A DNA stretch of 64,000 bases from Rickettsiales bacterium. GTDB taxonomy: Bacteria; Pseudomonadota; Alphaproteobacteria; Rs-D84. Position 1 is the stretch's first letter, and every line of letters starts with the position of its first letter. The notes under the pieces were generated by a model. That model worked only from the letters and a program-made list of their open reading frames with translations. It searched no databases and was not told the DNA's origin. Positions 62,225 to 64,000 of this stretch are shown here, one piece after another. The position numbers and the translations under genes are program-made. The stretch is from positions 3,598 to 67,597 of the forward strand of contig JAITQO010000002.1 of assembly GCA_031288835.1 (NCBI GenBank), written 5' to 3'.

Positions 62225-62251
62225 CAAAAAACCGCCAAGGATTTTGGCGGT
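62225..62251 (-). terminator. Intrinsic terminator about 18 nt upstream of the Cys-rich gene's ATG
   Basis: The minus strand reads ACCGCCAA-AATCC-TTGGCGGT followed by TTTTTTG, then AAAAGAGAGGGTG-ATG. Confidence 0.65.
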
Positions 62252-62689
62252 CGGGGAGTTGACAATCATATCAACGAATGATTCCGCGGTCTTTCCAGCT
62301 ATCTGTTTTTTATAGACCGCAGCTCCCCGACCATTGCCGGGGGATAATATCAATGCAGAAGAATCTTTCAGATACCAGTGCTCCTGCACCGCGTTGATAA
62401 GGCCTGTCAAAGCCCCGAACCCAAATCTCTTCGGATTCGGTTACATTATAGAAACTATCTCCGCACCGGCGCAAGGGAAAAATATGGGAATGGGCGGCGG
62501 CGCGGCTTTCCGCTCTGGCGCCGAATGGCATGGGCAACGAAACCTATGTAATAAAAACAAACAACGAAATTGTTTATCATTCCGGCGTTGCGTCGGAACA
62601 GGGTCTATAAAGTGCGAATGAAAAAGGGCGCGATGCCATCAGCAGAGTCAATTACGCCGAGCGCCGTCTCCCCCCCCATGCCGCCGCAA

Positions 62690-63652
62690 TTATTTCCCGG
62701 TCATAATTTCATACAACGCGTCGTCGTCGAGCGCGAGGAAACCGTCGTATTCCTTTTCCATGCGCACTTGCTCTTTTATCGATTCGGACAGCAGTTTGTG
62801 CAGCCCGGCGATATCGTCCGGATATTGGTAAAAGTTTCCATACTGCGATTCAAGTATCGCCCCGGGATTCGCGGGCGAAGGAAACCTCATTCCTTCGAAC
62901 TCGATTTCCGACAGCGGAAAAACCCAGTCGCGATTGTAAAATACGAATGACAGGTTCAACGAAAACAAGGTTCCGTCCGCCGCGGGCACCTTGCCGTCCA
63001 GAACCTTGTCCCTGATAAAGTCCCTCTCCCTGTCCGTTCCGAAGATTTTGGATTCCTTCACCTTCGGATTTTTCTGAATCTTTTTCCATTTATTCGTCAT
63101 CCTGTCCGAAACCGGCCTGATTCTGGCCTTAAAGTCCCGAATCTCCTGAAACGACATTTTCTTGCTATACGCGTCGAACGGAAACACGTCCAGGCATTGG
63201 AATCCGAACCCATCCCCCTCCCAATAGGCCTGCAAAAAGCCGCGGTTGAAATACCGCCATACGAATCCTTTTTCGGGAAGCGCCCTTGCGATTGATTCCA
63301 ACTTCTCATAATCCGCGCGCGGCATGCCGACGTCGAGGTCGTCGTCCCACGGAATGAATCCCCCGTGCCGAACCGCGCCCAAAAGAGTTCCGAAATCCAG
63401 CCAATAAACAAGGCCGTTGTCCTTGCACAATCTGTCGAACGCGGCCAGGCATTTCAGCTTCGCCAGCTGCATTTTGCGCACGATTCCGCGCGCCGGCGGC
63501 AGTCGCGTGATGTCGAGGTTATATCCGAGAATCTGCTTCAGATTTTCGATTCCCGCGGCATACTTGTTCTGCGGCAAAGACAGGATTTTTCTTCCGAACA
63601 GCGAGACGCGCGTGCGTCCCTTTCCGGTTTTCTCTATGCGGATTATTTTCAT
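62690..63652 (-). CDS. licD: LicD-family phosphotransferase (phosphocholine/ribitol-phosphate type)
   Basis: LDFGTLLGAVRHGGFIPWDDDLDVGMPR is the LicD signature. Confidence 0.87.
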   Translation of the reverse strand: MKIIRIEKTGKGRTRVSLFGRKILSLPQNKYAAGIENLKQILGYNLDITRLPPARGIVRKMQLAKLKCLAAFDRLCKDNGLVYWLDFGTLLGAVRHGGFIPWDDDLDVGMPRADYEKLESIARALPEKGFVWRYFNRGFLQAYWEGDGFGFQCLDVFPFDAYSKKMSFQEIRDFKARIRPVSDRMTNKWKKIQKNPKVKESKIFGTDRERDFIRDKVLDGKVPAADGTLFSLNLSFVFYNRDWVFPLSEIEFEGMRFPSPANPGAILESQYGNFYQYPDDIAGLHKLLSESIKEQVRMEKEYDGFLALDDDALYEIMTGK

Positions 63653-63695
63653 AATGCGGGATTATACGGTAAGTTTCAAAAATTGCAACGATTTT

Positions 63696-64000
63696 TTATC
63701 CGACGTAACTCGGGCGGATGTATAGGGGAATCACCGGCTGAGTCCCGCCGGCGCGGAGTTTCCAGGAAACTATCCCGGCGCCGTCCGCGATATTGTAGCC
63801 GGCTGCCGGCGCGGCGCCCGCGGGCGGTTCCTTTTCAATCCTATGCGCGCCGTTTTCGGATATGAAATAATCGCCGCGCCCGGAATCGAGCGCCAGCAGC
63901 GGGGCGTCGAAAAACTCGAAGACATTCATTCCGACCAGGGGAACGCCGAATCCGAACGCCATACCCTTCGCGAACGCGATGCCGAGGCGTATGCCCGTGA
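63696..64000 (-). CDS. tsaB: tRNA threonylcarbamoyladenosine biosynthesis protein TsaB, 5'-truncated by the window edge
   Basis: The frame stays open to nt 64000. The translation (..TGIRLGIAFAKGMAFGFGVPLVGMNVFE...PLYIRPSYV) matches the TsaB/YeaZ pattern (GSFTGIR.G...AKG.A....P..G...L). Confidence 0.75.
   Translation of the reverse strand, partial: TGIRLGIAFAKGMAFGFGVPLVGMNVFEFFDAPLLALDSGRGDYFISENGAHRIEKEPPAGAAPAAGYNIADGAGIVSWKLRAGGTQPVIPLYIRPSYVG

Noticed and set aside
62222-62410. A 62-aa minus-strand ORF in the leader of the Cys-rich gene, as a possible leader peptide.
   Set aside because: Its 3' end reads straight through the terminator hairpin and T-run, and it has no RBS. It is more likely an incidental frame in a structured RNA leader. 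I cannot exclude it without ribosome profiling.

Overview
This is a chromosomal window from a diderm bacterium, shown by Phe-terminated outer-membrane beta-barrels, a type Va autotransporter and an OmpA-family lipoprotein. An alphaproteobacterium-like affiliation is inference only, based on the AddA-type helicase-nuclease and the style of the XRE regulator; there is no rRNA in the window to confirm it.

Housekeeping genes recognisable from their translations are acpS, rsmH, dnaE, secA, RNase P RNA, prfB (with its programmed +1 frameshift), dgkA, fabI, ligA, ssb, murB, a Lon-like ATPase, an MsbA-like ABC exporter, addA and tsaB. There are five tRNAs: Lys-CTT, Ala-CGC, Ser-TGA, Arg-CCG and Asn-GTT.

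These are interleaved with visibly AT-richer accessory patches devoted to the cell surface:
- A cysteine-rich repeat protein.
- A galactofuranose/pyruvyl glycan operon bracketed by tRNA-Lys and tRNA-Ala.
- A 1394-aa autotransporter.
- A Stealth-family cluster.
- GT8 and LicD genes.
- A duplicated Cys-rich secreted protein.

I saw no transposase, integrase, CRISPR array or named defence system.

The most unusual observations are:
1. Downstream of tRNA-Asn, four diverged copies of a ~200-bp module begin with a mimic of the tRNA 3' end. They partition single-gene cassettes, next to a Lon gene that stops exactly where its protease domain should begin.
2. A polysaccharide-deacetylase/radical-SAM fusion closes a tightly coupled glycan operon that converges on an orphan T7-type tail-fibre-like gene.
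3. An ATTCC(C/G)G...C(C/G)GGAATGAC palindromic repeat family is clustered in several intergenic regions.
4. A ferredoxin/thioredoxin-like fusion gene sits in an AT-rich cassette flanked by GTAGYGYATATGTAG repeats.
5. Strong promoters are placed so that prfB and an XRE regulator would be leaderless.

All functional calls come from motifs I could read in the translations. No database search was run.
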